Assembly (NCBI GenBank): GCA_018304425.1
Contig: JAGVWE010000002.1
Location: forward strand, 160,001 to 224,000
DNA: 64,000 nt
Origin: Candidatus Iainarchaeum sp.
Lineage (GTDB): Archaea; Iainarchaeota; Iainarchaeia; Iainarchaeales; UBA10219
Direction of reading: 5' to 3'
Part shown: positions 1-9,674 of the stretch, one piece after another
Position numbering within the stretch: position 1 is the stretch's first letter
Layout of the letters: each line of letters starts with the position of its first letter
Position numbers and translations under genes: made by a program
The notes under the pieces: generated by a model
What the model was told of the DNA's origin: nothing
Databases searched by the model: none
What the model saw: the letters and a program-made list of their open reading frames with translations, nothing else

Positions 1-3000
1 AAGCCAAAGCGCAAGTCGTTTCCCTCCAGGGGAAGAAAGCCCCGCCAACGCGCGTTCCGGCCAAAGACGTCCAGCAAGGGCTTGAACTCGGTTTTGCCGT
101 CCGCGGACTTGACGAGCAGCCGCGCTTCCCTGACTCCCTTGAAGACGGAAAGGTCAGGCAGGGACTGGCCCAGGTTCTGCAGGGGAATGGTGGACTCGCC
201 GTTGTAGAGGAACAACCGGTGGTCCAAGGCAACGAAGTCCATGGAGACATCGGCCGGACAGGCCCTGGAAAGCGGCAACACCACCGGTTTTTCCTCGATG
301 GGTTGGCCGTTGGCCCAGGTATTTTTGGCTGGCGGTTGGCCTGGTTTTTGGGACCTGAAGAACACGAAAAAGTTCTTGTGCACCTCGTCGGCCAGGGTCT
401 GCGCAGAGCGAACGAGGGCCGGCTGGCTGGCCGGGGCCTTGCTTAAGAGTTCGGTCACGCGGCTGGGCGAGGTTTTCACGTACAGGCTGGAGAAGTCCAG
501 CCGCGGGTAAACACATAGTTCGTCCAGGGTGGGCGGTTCCTTGGAGGAAAGAGTCATGGGCAAGAAGAACTGCTTGTAAACCGAGCGAGCCATTGCGCCG
601 ACCGCGTAATAGCCTGCGCGGAGGTTGGCGGCCTCTTCCCGGGTGAGCTTGAAGCTCTTTCTGGCGAACGCGTTTTCAAGGCTGGGCCGCGGCAGCCAAA
701 CCGTCAACCGGTCGCCTTGCAGCGAGTACCGGGGTTGCTCGGCAGGGGTTACCGGCGGGGAAGGCATGCCGGTGCGGGGGTTGCCATACAAAATCCACTG
801 CGATTCAATCCATTGCTTGCGGTAGCGCTCGGCGTCGTCGGCTGAAAACCGGTGGGAGTCAAAGGGCTCGTTGGGCAAGGGCGGCCTCGCGTATTGCCCC
901 ACGGCGTTGAAGACCGTGAACTCCTGGGCGCCCAGGTAGTCGCTGGCAAAGCGGCCGAAAGGATAACCTGCCCCTGCATTGAAGAGGGCTGGCACCACTG
1001 GAACGCAGGACTCATAGCAGCCGAAGAAGTTGGCCAAGCCCTTTTGAAGGGCAACCTTGCCGAAGTCGTGGGCGGTCAGGCAGGCCTCGCAAAAGAACTG
1101 GCTATTGGAGGGGAACTCTGACAACTCGTCTTGGAGGAACGTCTTGCACGCCTTTTCGTCCATCTTTTGGCCGGGCACCGGCGTCGCGAACCCGCAGGTG
1201 TTGCCGTGGCTGTTCAGCAACGCGAACTGCGTGTTTTCCAGCAAGGGCCTCACCCATGCAGGGTCATAGTAGACGTTGACGGGCGCGGTTTGATTGGTTC
1301 GACGGGCCTGGCCTGCGAACTGCTGGTTTTCCAAGAGCATGGGTTCGAGGCCCGAGAACTGGAAGGCGGCTTCGATTTGCCCGCGGGTGATGGCTTGCAG
1401 GTCGGTTGAGCGATAGGTTTCGTCGGGCCACACCACGAAGGCATAGGAGAGATAGTTTTCGCTGCCGGGTTTCCGGTAGTCCGGGTCCCAGGGCAGGGCA
1501 TAGTAGTAGGCCATGTAGTTCCGGATTTTTTCGGCGTCGTCGAAGGGAAGCCTTCCCACCGCGAGTTCCTCGTCCGCCGAGTCATCGAGGTTCGCGAAGA
1601 AGTGGTCCAACACGAGTTTGCCGGGTGCAAAGAGTGGCTTGCCGCCATCCCTGGATTTTGCCTGCGCTTTCAAGGGGTCCAAGGGGATGACTCCCGTGGA
1701 GTCCAGGATGGGAATCGAGGACTCGTCTCCAACGATGAAGAGGTAACGGAGGGGCTGCTCACTTGGGTTGCCGTCGTTCAAGCCCATCAAGGTCCGGCGG
1801 ACGATCTGCAATCCATAGGCGGTGGAAAAGTTTTGGGCCACGGCTTCCGAGGAGTACCAGCCCTCTCGGCGCGCGATTTCCTGCGCGGCCGCTTTGGCCT
1901 CCCAGGACAGGGCGGAGGAGAACAGGACCACGCCGGGCTGGTTGCGGATGACGCGCACGTCAAAGGTTTTGTTGCTGGCCCCGGAAGTCCAGTGGAAGGG
2001 CAGGGTCACGCGGAAAACATCTTCGGGCAGGGCCTTGAAAGAAGAAAACGAGTCCAAGAACTTCGAGTAATCGGTTGTTACCTTGAGCCGGACCTTTCCC
2101 GCGTCGGGGTCTTCAATGGTCGCCTGCATGGAGAGGACTTCGCCGCGGCGGTTGCCCGGAGACCTTGCATCCAGGCCCCTGAATTGGACCAGTAAAGGGT
2201 CCGCCGAAGTCAGGGTGAGTTCGTTGGCTTTCTGGTTGCGCACTCCAAAAGCGAGTTTCTTGTCCTTGCCCGGGGGGATGATGTACGTGCGTTCGAACAC
2301 GGCCACGGGCTTGCGGGGCGTGACCCCGACGAGAATTTCCCGTAACCCGGTTTCGGCTTCCTTCAAGGCAGGAGGAACGCTTTTCGTGAAAACGAGCAGC
2401 AAGGGCTCGCCAATCCTTGAACCGTCCACGCGTTCAATGAAGACCTGGACTTTTCGTTCGCCCTGGAAGTAGAGGGCTTCCAGGTTGGCTTTGGTGAACG
2501 GAAGGGTAACCGGGCCTGGGTTCCAAGCGCTTAACGGGCTCTCCGACCACGGCTTTTCCTCTCCCATGCGGCGGATGACCATCTTTCCCTGGAATGGCTT
2601 GACGTTCGCTGAAACGATCCAACGGAGGAACAAGTCTGCTTCTCCTGCCTCGGACAAGTCAATGGTTGCCTTGGGTTCTCCGAGGAACACGTCCTCGGGA
2701 AGCTCGGCCGGGATTTTCTCGGTGGGGCTGGGCTTTAGCCAGTAGAGATCCTGGACGCCCTGCACGGAAAAGACGGGGCCATTGTCATAGGTTTTCTGGG
2801 TGCGCTTGTTTTTGACGACAAGCTGGAATTCGCCGTTCCCGAAAAGGCTCAAGAGCACCGCCTTGTTGAGGACGAACGTCGCTTCCGCGCCGGGTTGCAC
2901 CTGGCCACGCAATGAAAGGGGTTGAATGAGTTCCCCCGGCTGGCCGCGCTCACGCCGGTAGAAACCCAGTTCAAAGTCTGCAGGCGAGACATTAAAGCGA

Positions 3001-4574
3001 ACCGTGAAGGGCTGGGCAACGCTCTCCGGTTTTGCCGCGTCAACCCATGTTGGGGCAGCGCGCCATTCCACGTCATCCGGCTTTTTCTTGGGACTGTTCC
3101 TCACCTCGAAGGAAGCGCGCCCGGAAAGGTATCTCTGCGTGGTGGCGTTGAAAATCGCGAGTTCATGGGCGCCGTCGAACAACCCCTGCACCGCTTCCCT
3201 GGGGAGGCGGAGTTCACCCGCCCGCATGCCTTGCAGGTCCTGGTCAAGCAACACCTCTCCCTGGGCGTCAAGGATGCGGACATGGACCAGGTCGCCGGCC
3301 GCAGCACCGGCTTTCACTTCAAAGGCAAAGGCCCCGCTTTCCTTGCCCATGGTTTTAAAGTCGATGACGGAAGTCTTTGGCGTCCACTGGACGTCCAACG
3401 CGCTGGGCTCTTCTCCGGGGCCCGGCTTGGGGGGCTGAACCGGCTCCTGGGGGGGCGCGGCCTTGGGGCCTTCCTGGGCGCCGGGTGGAGCAGGCCCCGG
3501 TTCTTGTCCGGCATTGGTTGGGTCGTCGTCGAAGAACAAGAGCGTGAACGGGGAGTCCAGCACTTTGCCTCCTTCCCGGCCCCACACCAGGTAAAAGCGG
3601 TAGGGCTTGTTGACTTCCAAGCGCAGGGTCGGCGTGGCAACGGGTTCCTTTCCATTTCCCCAGAGCACCAGCATGGCTTCGACGAAGGAACCCTTCCGCT
3701 CAAACTGCTTGACGGTTACGGAGAAGTTGTAGGCTTTGCCTTCCCCTCGCTTGGCGTCCATGAAGGGGGAAGCCCATTGAAAGGCAGCGCGTTGCGTGCC
3801 TGGTTGCTGGTCGGCCGGGAGCAAGCCCAAGAACATGGCTTCAGCAGGCGGTGAAGGGGGGCGAGGCATTTGAATGTGGTAGACCATGTTGGTGTAATAT
3901 AATGGGTCCCCGAACCTTGGAACCGGTAGCCCTTCGTCGACGTCAATGGCCATCTTCATGGGTTCGACCACTGCAGGCGCCTTCTCTATCGGCCACTTGT
4001 CAATTTTCCCCACCGGGATTTCGCTTCCATAAAAGGAGTAGTCCTTGAATTGCATCACGCCATGCGGCGGAGTGAACCGCACCCTGCCCTCGAGGGTGTT
4101 CGAGGAATCCAATGCAAAGGGCCCCAGCATGTCCGGCTCCAGCAACGCCTTCAATTCGGCACCCGAAAGAGTCACGCGACCCGAGCGCGCGCCGCCAAAA
4201 TGGTAACTCGCCAAAACACGCTCGCCAAATCCCAGGCGCTTGTGCGCATACTCCAGGTTGAACACCAGGTCATCCGCTGCCGCATTCTTGAGCCTGAACT
4301 CGAAGTCGTACTTCGCCTGCCCGCTGAAGTCATCGATGCGTTTCGGGTACTTCACCCATTCCACGACTGGCTCGGGGGGAACGGGAACCGGGGGCGGCGC
4401 CTGCTGGGGGAAGAAGCCGGCCAACACGTTTTGGATGGCAAACAACACCCCGGAAAACGGGCTCAACGGTTGAACCGTGATGCCAGGCGAGGGTGCGCCG
4501 GCGGCCAAGGGCACGACCAGGAGCAAAACCAACCAGGAGGCCCATAGCTTGGCCCTACCGCCCTGCAAAGCCAT
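1..4574 (-). CDS. Giant secreted protein with peptidase C25 (gingipain-like) domain; 3' end outside the window (>1520 aa)
   Basis: Manual translation from ATG 4574 (MALQGGRAKLWASWLVLLLVVPLAAGAP, signal peptide) to about position 775 found no stop; no track ORF lies in this frame, consistent with it running off the edge. Motifs YLFIVGDESSIP (~1710-1745), DHFFANLDD..ELAVGRLP (~1545-1600), NSHG (His 1206-1208), CEAC (Cys 1080-1082), ILYGNP (~777-794). TATA-like TATTTATA about 25 nt upstream. Confidence 0.85.
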   Translation of the reverse strand, partial: MALQGGRAKLWASWLVLLLVVPLAAGAPSPGITVQPLSPFSGVLFAIQNVLAGFFPQQAPPPVPVPPEPVVEWVKYPKRIDDFSGQAKYDFEFRLKNAAADDLVFNLEYAHKRLGFGERVLASYHFGGARSGRVTLSGAELKALLEPDMLGPFALDSSNTLEGRVRFTPPHGVMQFKDYSFYGSEIPVGKIDKWPIEKAPAVVEPMKMAIDVDEGLPVPRFGDPLYYTNMVYHIQMPRPPSPPAEAMFLGLLPADQQPGTQRAAFQWASPFMDAKRGEGKAYNFSVTVKQFERKGSFVEAMLVLWGNGKEPVATPTLRLEVNKPYRFYLVWGREGGKVLDSPFTLLFFDDDPTNAGQEPGPAPPGAQEGPKAAPPQEPVQPPKPGPGEEPSALDVQWTPKTSVIDFKTMGKESGAFAFEVKAGAAAGDLVHVRILDAQGEVLLDQDLQGMRAGELRLPREAVQGLFDGAHELAIFNATTQRYLSGRASFEVRNSPKKKPDDVEWRAAPTWVDAAKPESVAQPFTVRFNVSPADFELGFYRRERGQPGELIQPLSLRGQVQPGAEATFVLNKAVLLSLFGNGEFQLVVKNKRTQKTYDNGPVFSVQGVQDLYWLKPSPTEKIPAELPEDVFLGEPKATIDLSEAGEADLFLRWIVSANVKPFQGKMVIRRMGEEKPWSESPLSAWNPGPVTLPFTKANLEALYFQGERKVQVFIERVDGSRIGEPLLLVFTKSVPPALKEAETGLREILVGVTPRKPVAVFERTYIIPPGKDKKLAFGVRNQKANELTLTSADPLLVQFRGLDARSPGNRRGEVLSMQATIEDPDAGKVRLKVTTDYSKFLDSFSSFKALPEDVFRVTLPFHWTSGASNKTFDVRVIRNQPGVVLFSSALSWEAKAAAQEIARREGWYSSEAVAQNFSTAYGLQIVRRTLMGLNDGNPSEQPLRYLFIVGDESSIPILDSTGVIPLDPLKAQAKSRDGGKPLFAPGKLVLDHFFANLDDSADEELAVGRLPFDDAEKIRNYMAYYYALPWDPDYRKPGSENYLSYAFVVWPDETYRSTDLQAITRGQIEAAFQFSGLEPMLLENQQFAGQARRTNQTAPVNVYYDPAWVRPLLENTQFALLNSHGNTCGFATPVPGQKMDEKACKTFLQDELSEFPSNSQFFCEACLTAHDFGKVALQKGLANFFGCYESCVPVVPALFNAGAGYPFGRFASDYLGAQEFTVFNAVGQYARPPLPNEPFDSHRFSADDAERYRKQWIESQWILYGNPRTGMPSPPVTPAEQPRYSLQGDRLTVWLPRPSLENAFARKSFKLTREEAANLRAGYYAVGAMARSVYKQFFLPMTLSSKEPPTLDELCVYPRLDFSSLYVKTSPSRVTELLSKAPASQPALVRSAQTLADEVHKNFFVFFRSQKPGQPPAKNTWANGQPIEEKPVVLPLSRACPADVSMDFVALDHRLFLYNGESTIPLQNLGQSLPDLSVFKGVREARLLVKSADGKTEFKPLLDVFGRNARWRGFLPLEGNDLRFG

Positions 4575-4604
4575 AATAGAATTGTTGGGTGGGACTATAA
4601 ATAG

Positions 4605-5645
4605 TTATGGTTTGGGGGGTTTTGCCTTGGCTTCCCTGGCTGCCTGGAGCATCTCCCGCTTGTAGTAGGTCAGCGGGTGCTTGACGCCACAGGAGGGCAG
4701 CGGGCAGAAGCCGTGGGCCTTGACCTTCTCGCAGTTGGGCGGCGAGTACTTGGTGCCGCCCTTTTGGCCGGCCAGGCGCTCGACCTGGTAACGGGTCACG
4801 CGCTCGTCGTAGTCGGGGGCGTGCTTGAACAAGTCCATGACGGCTTGCGCGGGCAAGCCAATCGCGAGGAGGAAGGTCGCGATGTCGAAGCGGCCGAAGT
4901 GCGGGACATCGACCCCGGAGAGGAGCTGGGAGTAGAGGTTGGCCATGCAGGGCGGGAATAAGCTTGGGTTGATTGTTCCCAGGGAACCTGCGCCGAATTC
5001 CGGGCCCGCGAACTTGAAGCGCGCGGTATCGAGTTGCGCGAGCAAGGCCTTGGCTTCTGCTTTGAGCTTGGCCGGAACGCCGTCAACGGAGACGGGGAGC
5101 GAGGCCAGGAGCTGCGTGAACGCGAGCCGGGACAGCAGGCGCGCGAAGTCGTTGCGCGTCAGGTAAATGACGCCCTTGGCGATGCGTTGGTTGGAGAGCT
5201 TCATGAAGTCCTCGGAGAAAGTCGTCTTCAGGTAATCGAACAAGGCGAGGCAGGCAAAGAAGGCCTTGCTCTCCGGGAGGCTGTACTTGACGTTGAACTC
5301 GGAGGCCAGGTCGAGCAGGGCCTCGTCGCGTTCGGCTTTGAGGGCCGAAAAATAGGTGTCGGAAAACGTTTTCGCGAACCGCTGATAGAACTCCTGGCGG
5401 TTCATCAACGAGACCAGGATTTTGGCGACGGGAAAGGCGAGGACTTCGGTGCGGAGAATGCTCTGCGAGTCCCGGATGCTGGGGGCGTACTTTCCCTTGA
5501 TGCAGCCGGCCACCATTTCCCTGGCCCGGACCATCACTTCTTCGGGCAGGTCTTCTAGGCCGAGGTTGGCTTCCTTGACCACGCGCCGGGCCAGCGAAGT
5601 GAACGGATAGCGTTGCGCGAACTGGAGTTCCTGCAGGGAGAGCAT
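4605..5645 (-). CDS. priL: DNA primase large subunit PriL
   Basis: N-terminal RYPF; C-terminal Fe-S domain FPPC...HFGRF...Y.PPNC...GFC...C..KHPLTYY; adjacent to PCNA. Confidence 0.93.
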   Translation of the reverse strand: MLSLQELQFAQRYPFTSLARRVVKEANLGLEDLPEEVMVRAREMVAGCIKGKYAPSIRDSQSILRTEVLAFPVAKILVSLMNRQEFYQRFAKTFSDTYFSALKAERDEALLDLASEFNVKYSLPESKAFFACLALFDYLKTTFSEDFMKLSNQRIAKGVIYLTRNDFARLLSRLAFTQLLASLPVSVDGVPAKLKAEAKALLAQLDTARFKFAGPEFGAGSLGTINPSLFPPCMANLYSQLLSGVDVPHFGRFDIATFLLAIGLPAQAVMDLFKHAPDYDERVTRYQVERLAGQKGGTKYSPPNCEKVKAHGFCPLPSCGVKHPLTYYKREMLQAAREAKAKPPKP

Positions 5646-5666
5646 AGGAATGGCTTGATGCGACGC

Positions 5667-6389
5667 CTATAAAATCATATGAGCCAGGTGGAACTGGATG
5701 GGGCACTCGCCTATCTTGTAGGAAACGCGGATCATGGAATCGGTTTTGAGTTCCAGGAGGACCTTTTTCTCGGAGTCGGCTTCCTTGACGATGTTCTGCA
5801 AGAAGTTAAGCGAGTACTTGGCCGTGACCTCGCTGGTGCAGGACACGGAGACCTTCTTCGAACCCCTCGAAACCGCTTTGAGTTGCCCCTGCGAGCCCCG
5901 GGCCTCGATGAAGAACTGGCCGGGCTTGACCTTCAACACCACGGAGGAGCCGAAGAGGCCCGCGTCCTTCAAGGCCTCCTTGAGCATGCGCGCGTTGATT
6001 TCCACGCTGGCCTCGAACTTGGGTTCCGGGAGGTTTATCTCCTCGTCCGAAACATCAATGATGGGCAGGCTGAAGGAACGCGAGAGCTCGTTCTCGAACT
6101 TGAGCGTCAACTCGGAGTCCGTCAACTCCATGAGCAGGCGGTCGTTGGGTTGCGTCCGCGCCATGATTTTCGATAACTCCACCAGGTCCAGGCCGACGAA
6201 GCTGGGTTCAACGTCATACTTGTCAAAGAACTTCTTGTCCATCTCGAAGTTGACCAGGACGACTTGGCTGGGGTCGAGGGCCCTGAACTTGACGCCGGAA
6301 TCGGTGAACCGAAAATTGCCTTCCGCGATGAAAGAGGAAATGGCGTCCACCGAGCTCTTCCAGGAAGCCGAGTTCTTGAGTTCAATCAC
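5667..6389 (-). CDS. pcn: DNA polymerase sliding clamp PCNA (paralog 1)
   Basis: 240 aa; RALDPSQVVLV, GLDL..L.KIM.R, FSLPIID, KYSL.FL, FHLAHMI; typical PCNA signatures. Confidence 0.92.
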   Translation of the reverse strand: MIELKNSASWKSSVDAISSFIAEGNFRFTDSGVKFRALDPSQVVLVNFEMDKKFFDKYDVEPSFVGLDLVELSKIMARTQPNDRLLMELTDSELTLKFENELSRSFSLPIIDVSDEEINLPEPKFEASVEINARMLKEALKDAGLFGSSVVLKVKPGQFFIEARGSQGQLKAVSRGSKKVSVSCTSEVTAKYSLNFLQNIVKEADSEKKVLLELKTDSMIRVSYKIGECPIQFHLAHMIL

Positions 6390-6459
6390 TTGCAGCCCTT
6401 CCTAGGAGAATATCTATCGACAACCCCTTTAAATGGTTTTCCCCGCACCACCTATTTTT

Positions 6460-6969
6460 ATGCCGGCGGACAAAGTCAACGTCAGGGTCTTCCTGGGAGC
6501 CGACCACGCAGGCTTCAAGCTCAAGGAAAACATCCGCCAGTGGCTCAAAGAAAGAGGCGTTGAATTCGTGGACTTAGGGGTTTACAGCGCCGAGCCCGTG
6601 GACTACCCGGCCTACGCGGAACGCGTGGCCAGGGAAGTCGGCAATGCCGGTGAGGGAAAGGCCCTTGGCGTGCTTGCCTGCGGCACCGGCATCGGCATGG
6701 GCATGGCCGCCAACAAGGTGAGGGGAGTCCGGGCCGCTGTCTGCCACGACGAGTTCACGGCGGAAATGGCGCGCGCCCACAACAACGCCAACCTCTTGTG
6801 CCTGGGGGCCAGGGTCCTGCAAACCGGCGGCGAGGCCCTCAAAATCGTGGAACGCTTCCTAGAAACCGGTTTCAGCGCCGAGGAACGGCATGGACGCCGC
6901 GTGAAAATGATTTACGGCCTGGAAACACGGAAACCAAAGCAAGCCGCCAAAAAAAGGGCGAAGAAATAG
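6460..6969 (+). CDS. rpiB: Ribose-5-phosphate isomerase B
   Basis: GADHAGFKLKE, VDYP, CGTGIGM..AANKV.GVRAA, ARAHNNAN, RH.RRV. Start placed at ATG 6460 (alternative 6433). Confidence 0.95.
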   Translation: MPADKVNVRVFLGADHAGFKLKENIRQWLKERGVEFVDLGVYSAEPVDYPAYAERVAREVGNAGEGKALGVLACGTGIGMGMAANKVRGVRAAVCHDEFTAEMARAHNNANLLCLGARVLQTGGEALKIVERFLETGFSAEERHGRRVKMIYGLETRKPKQAAKKRAKK

Positions 6970-6977
6970 GACCCCGG

Positions 6978-9299
6978 CTAATTGTAGGTCTTGGTTCCCA
7001 GCACCGTTGCTTCCGTGCCCCGCCGGCACATGCTGAAGTTGGGGTAGGCCTGGCAGTACTTGACGAGCGCGCCGCCGGCCTGGGAAACGGGTTGCGCGAG
7101 CTTCACCGCGAACTTCTGGTCGATGATGGCTTTCAGGGTCTGGTAGCTGGGCATGCCCTCCACCTTGGTGCCGTTGATGAACAGGGTTGGAATGGTTTTC
7201 ACGCCCAGGGACTTCGCCAAGGCCAGGTCCTTGTCGATGTCCGGCTTGTACCGGTCCTGGGAAACGCAGCGCATCAAGTCATTGGAGTAGGTAGTGGAAA
7301 AGTCCTGGCCCTCCAGCTTGCTCAGGAGTTTCGAGAACGCGTCCGGGTAGAAGTTGGGCTGGATCTGGTACAATTCGTCGTGGAACTTCCAGTAATCCGT
7401 CACCTGGCTCGCGCACCGCGAGGCTTCCGCGGCCAGCATGGACCGCAAGTGGATGTCCAAGGGGTAGTCTTTGTGGAGGCGCCGCATGAATTTCGTGCAC
7501 CGGTAACCGTACTGGCCGAGGTTCTTGATCTCGGTTCCCAGGCAGTCCTTCTGGTACTCGTCCATGATCTGGTTGAGCATGAGGTTCAGGGTCTTGCATT
7601 CCTTGCTCTCGAAGTCGCAGAATTCCACGATGGTGACAACCGGTTGCGGCTTCAACGGGTAGTCGGGGTGCGATTCCCTTTCATGGGGGTCCGAGAAGAA
7701 CGGCGCGCCCTTCAAGGGGCTTCCGGCATACACCGAATCCAGGAGCAGCCCCTCGATGAACACCTTGTAGACGTAGAAGTAATTGAGGCCGCCGAACTTG
7801 GTCCCGTTTATCCTGAGCGTGGGAACGGCGTCGATGTCGGTTTCAACCGCGTACGTCAGGCCCTTGAAGGCCTCCTTGAGGTCGGCCAGCACCACGCCCT
7901 TGTACCGCTCCGAACTCAGGCACGCCCGGAACTGCGTGGAATCCAGGCCCAACTCGGAGGCATAGGAAACCAGGTCCTCGGCGTCATCGTACACGTTCTG
8001 TTCCTCGGTGAGACCCGTGGAAGCCCCGCTCTCCGGGTTGAATTCCACGAACTTGGTGTAGGGAACGGTTATGCGTTGCTTGCGGTAGAGCAACCGGTGG
8101 TAGGCCCAGAACTTGCCCTGCTCGTTCGCGCAGCGCGCGGCGAATGCCGCCCTCACCGCGAGCGGATTGTAGTAATCGATGTTGAGGTTCCGGTTCGTGA
8201 TGTCCTTCTTGTCCGATGGGAAGTCCTTGTGCACGATTTTCACGAACTCCCCGAAATAGGCCTCGATTTCGTCAATAACCCCTTGGATGAGGCGGCTGTC
8301 CTGGTCCACGTAGTTCTCAAAGACCTCAATGGTGACCAAGGCATTGGGGTTGCCCCGGTAGGGTGCCCCGGCAAAGACCTTGCCGGCCTCCTCCGCTTCC
8401 AGGACCACGTTCGCGTACTCCGTGGAATCCAGTTGGGCCACGAAATTCGGGGAAGCGAATTGCTTGAAGCCCTTCTTGTTCACCGTGAACGTAACCTCTT
8501 TGCCGTCCTTGAACAGGGCCTCGACGCGGCCATAGGCATTCGTGAAGCGAATCACGGTCTCCATCGCGCCCTTGTCGATGAACGTGCCCCGCACGCCCTC
8601 CGGCTGGTCCACGGCCGAGGAAAAGGCTACCTTGGCGTCCGCCGCTGGGTTTCCCTCCTTGTCGGAAACCGTTACCACTATCTTGCCCTTCAGTTTCTCG
8701 GCCTGGCCGATGAGGTCACACGCCGCACCCGCCTGGAACAGGATGCCCTGGCCGACCGGTACGGAAAGCGGTTCGTTCACGCCGAGCACGGCCCACGCCT
8801 GCTTCCGCGCGTCAAACAAGTACGCCGAGGACAGGCTGCACGTTCCCCGGATGTCCTGCAGGGAACCATTGACGAGGTCAGGGGAAACGGCCACGAAATT
8901 CCAACCGGACTGCACGGGCGCGAGCCCCTCCGACTTGAATGAATCCGAAACCGAAATCGTGCAATCCCGCTTGACTTCAAGCCAGACCGCGGTATGCGCG
9001 AGGTAATCCGCGTTGGATTGGAGGAACTGCGCGAACCGCTGGCTTCCCACCTCGATGTAGGACCGCGTGTTCACGTCGTACACGAAACTCGCGGCAAGGT
9101 CGGACTGCAGGCAAGTCGAGGCATCGGCTTGCCCGACCATGTTCGAGGGGAACTTGACGAGGTTCCAGCCCTTGAACAACTGCACCTTCAAGCCAACGGG
9201 GGTGGAGGCGACGCCGCCCGGCAGGGCCGGCGGCTGCGCGAAAACCAACAAGGAGGAAAACAAGAGGAAGACCGCCAGCAAAACGGCAGCGGATTTCAC
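6978..9299 (-). CDS. Secreted protein with two DsbA/thioredoxin-like domains lacking CXXC
   Basis: Signal peptide; two LxxGWNLV-type motifs; two DsbA-like units (VTIEVFENYVDQDS..AARCA..QGKFW.YH..VPTL.ING; VTIVEFCDFESKEC..ASRCA..YWKFHD..IPTLFING). Confidence 0.8.
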   Translation of the reverse strand: MKSAAVLLAVFLLFSSLLVFAQPPALPGGVASTPVGLKVQLFKGWNLVKFPSNMVGQADASTCLQSDLAASFVYDVNTRSYIEVGSQRFAQFLQSNADYLAHTAVWLEVKRDCTISVSDSFKSEGLAPVQSGWNFVAVSPDLVNGSLQDIRGTCSLSSAYLFDARKQAWAVLGVNEPLSVPVGQGILFQAGAACDLIGQAEKLKGKIVVTVSDKEGNPAADAKVAFSSAVDQPEGVRGTFIDKGAMETVIRFTNAYGRVEALFKDGKEVTFTVNKKGFKQFASPNFVAQLDSTEYANVVLEAEEAGKVFAGAPYRGNPNALVTIEVFENYVDQDSRLIQGVIDEIEAYFGEFVKIVHKDFPSDKKDITNRNLNIDYYNPLAVRAAFAARCANEQGKFWAYHRLLYRKQRITVPYTKFVEFNPESGASTGLTEEQNVYDDAEDLVSYASELGLDSTQFRACLSSERYKGVVLADLKEAFKGLTYAVETDIDAVPTLRINGTKFGGLNYFYVYKVFIEGLLLDSVYAGSPLKGAPFFSDPHERESHPDYPLKPQPVVTIVEFCDFESKECKTLNLMLNQIMDEYQKDCLGTEIKNLGQYGYRCTKFMRRLHKDYPLDIHLRSMLAAEASRCASQVTDYWKFHDELYQIQPNFYPDAFSKLLSKLEGQDFSTTYSNDLMRCVSQDRYKPDIDKDLALAKSLGVKTIPTLFINGTKVEGMPSYQTLKAIIDQKFAVKLAQPVSQAGGALVKYCQAYPNFSMCRRGTEATVLGTKTYN

Positions 9300-9598
9300 G
9301 CCAATCCCTCCATGGCCGGGTCCGGCAACTGGGGCGGGGCCTGCCCGGTCTCCTGCACGACCTTGGTGAGGTCCAGGGGCGCGGAAGCGGTTTCATCCCG
9401 CCGGGGTTGTTTGGGGGGCGCGGTTTGCGGGGCTTGGTTCGCGGGCGGCTGGACTGAATCGGCTTTCTTCTCCCCGGCAACGGGTTGCGCCTGCTGCCCG
9501 GTGGGCTTGGCCCCTTCCCCGTTCCGGGTGGTCACCTGGACGCAGCCACTCAATAACAGGACCAGGCAAGCCAACCCAGCGATGACCGGTTTCGACAT
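9296..9598 (-). CDS. Small lipoprotein, Pro/Gln-rich (100 aa)
   Basis: MSKPVIAGLACLVLLLSGC lipobox; stop overlaps the start of the downstream gene (GTGA). Confidence 0.75.
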   Translation of the reverse strand: MSKPVIAGLACLVLLLSGCVQVTTRNGEGAKPTGQQAQPVAGEKKADSVQPPANQAPQTAPPKQPRRDETASAPLDLTKVVQETGQAPPQLPDPAMEGLA

Positions 9599-9674
9599 TT
9601 TTTTCCCGCCTTTTCCACCGTTTTTCTCCGATGCGACTCCCATATATTGCCGATTAATTGTTTTTAAACTCACC

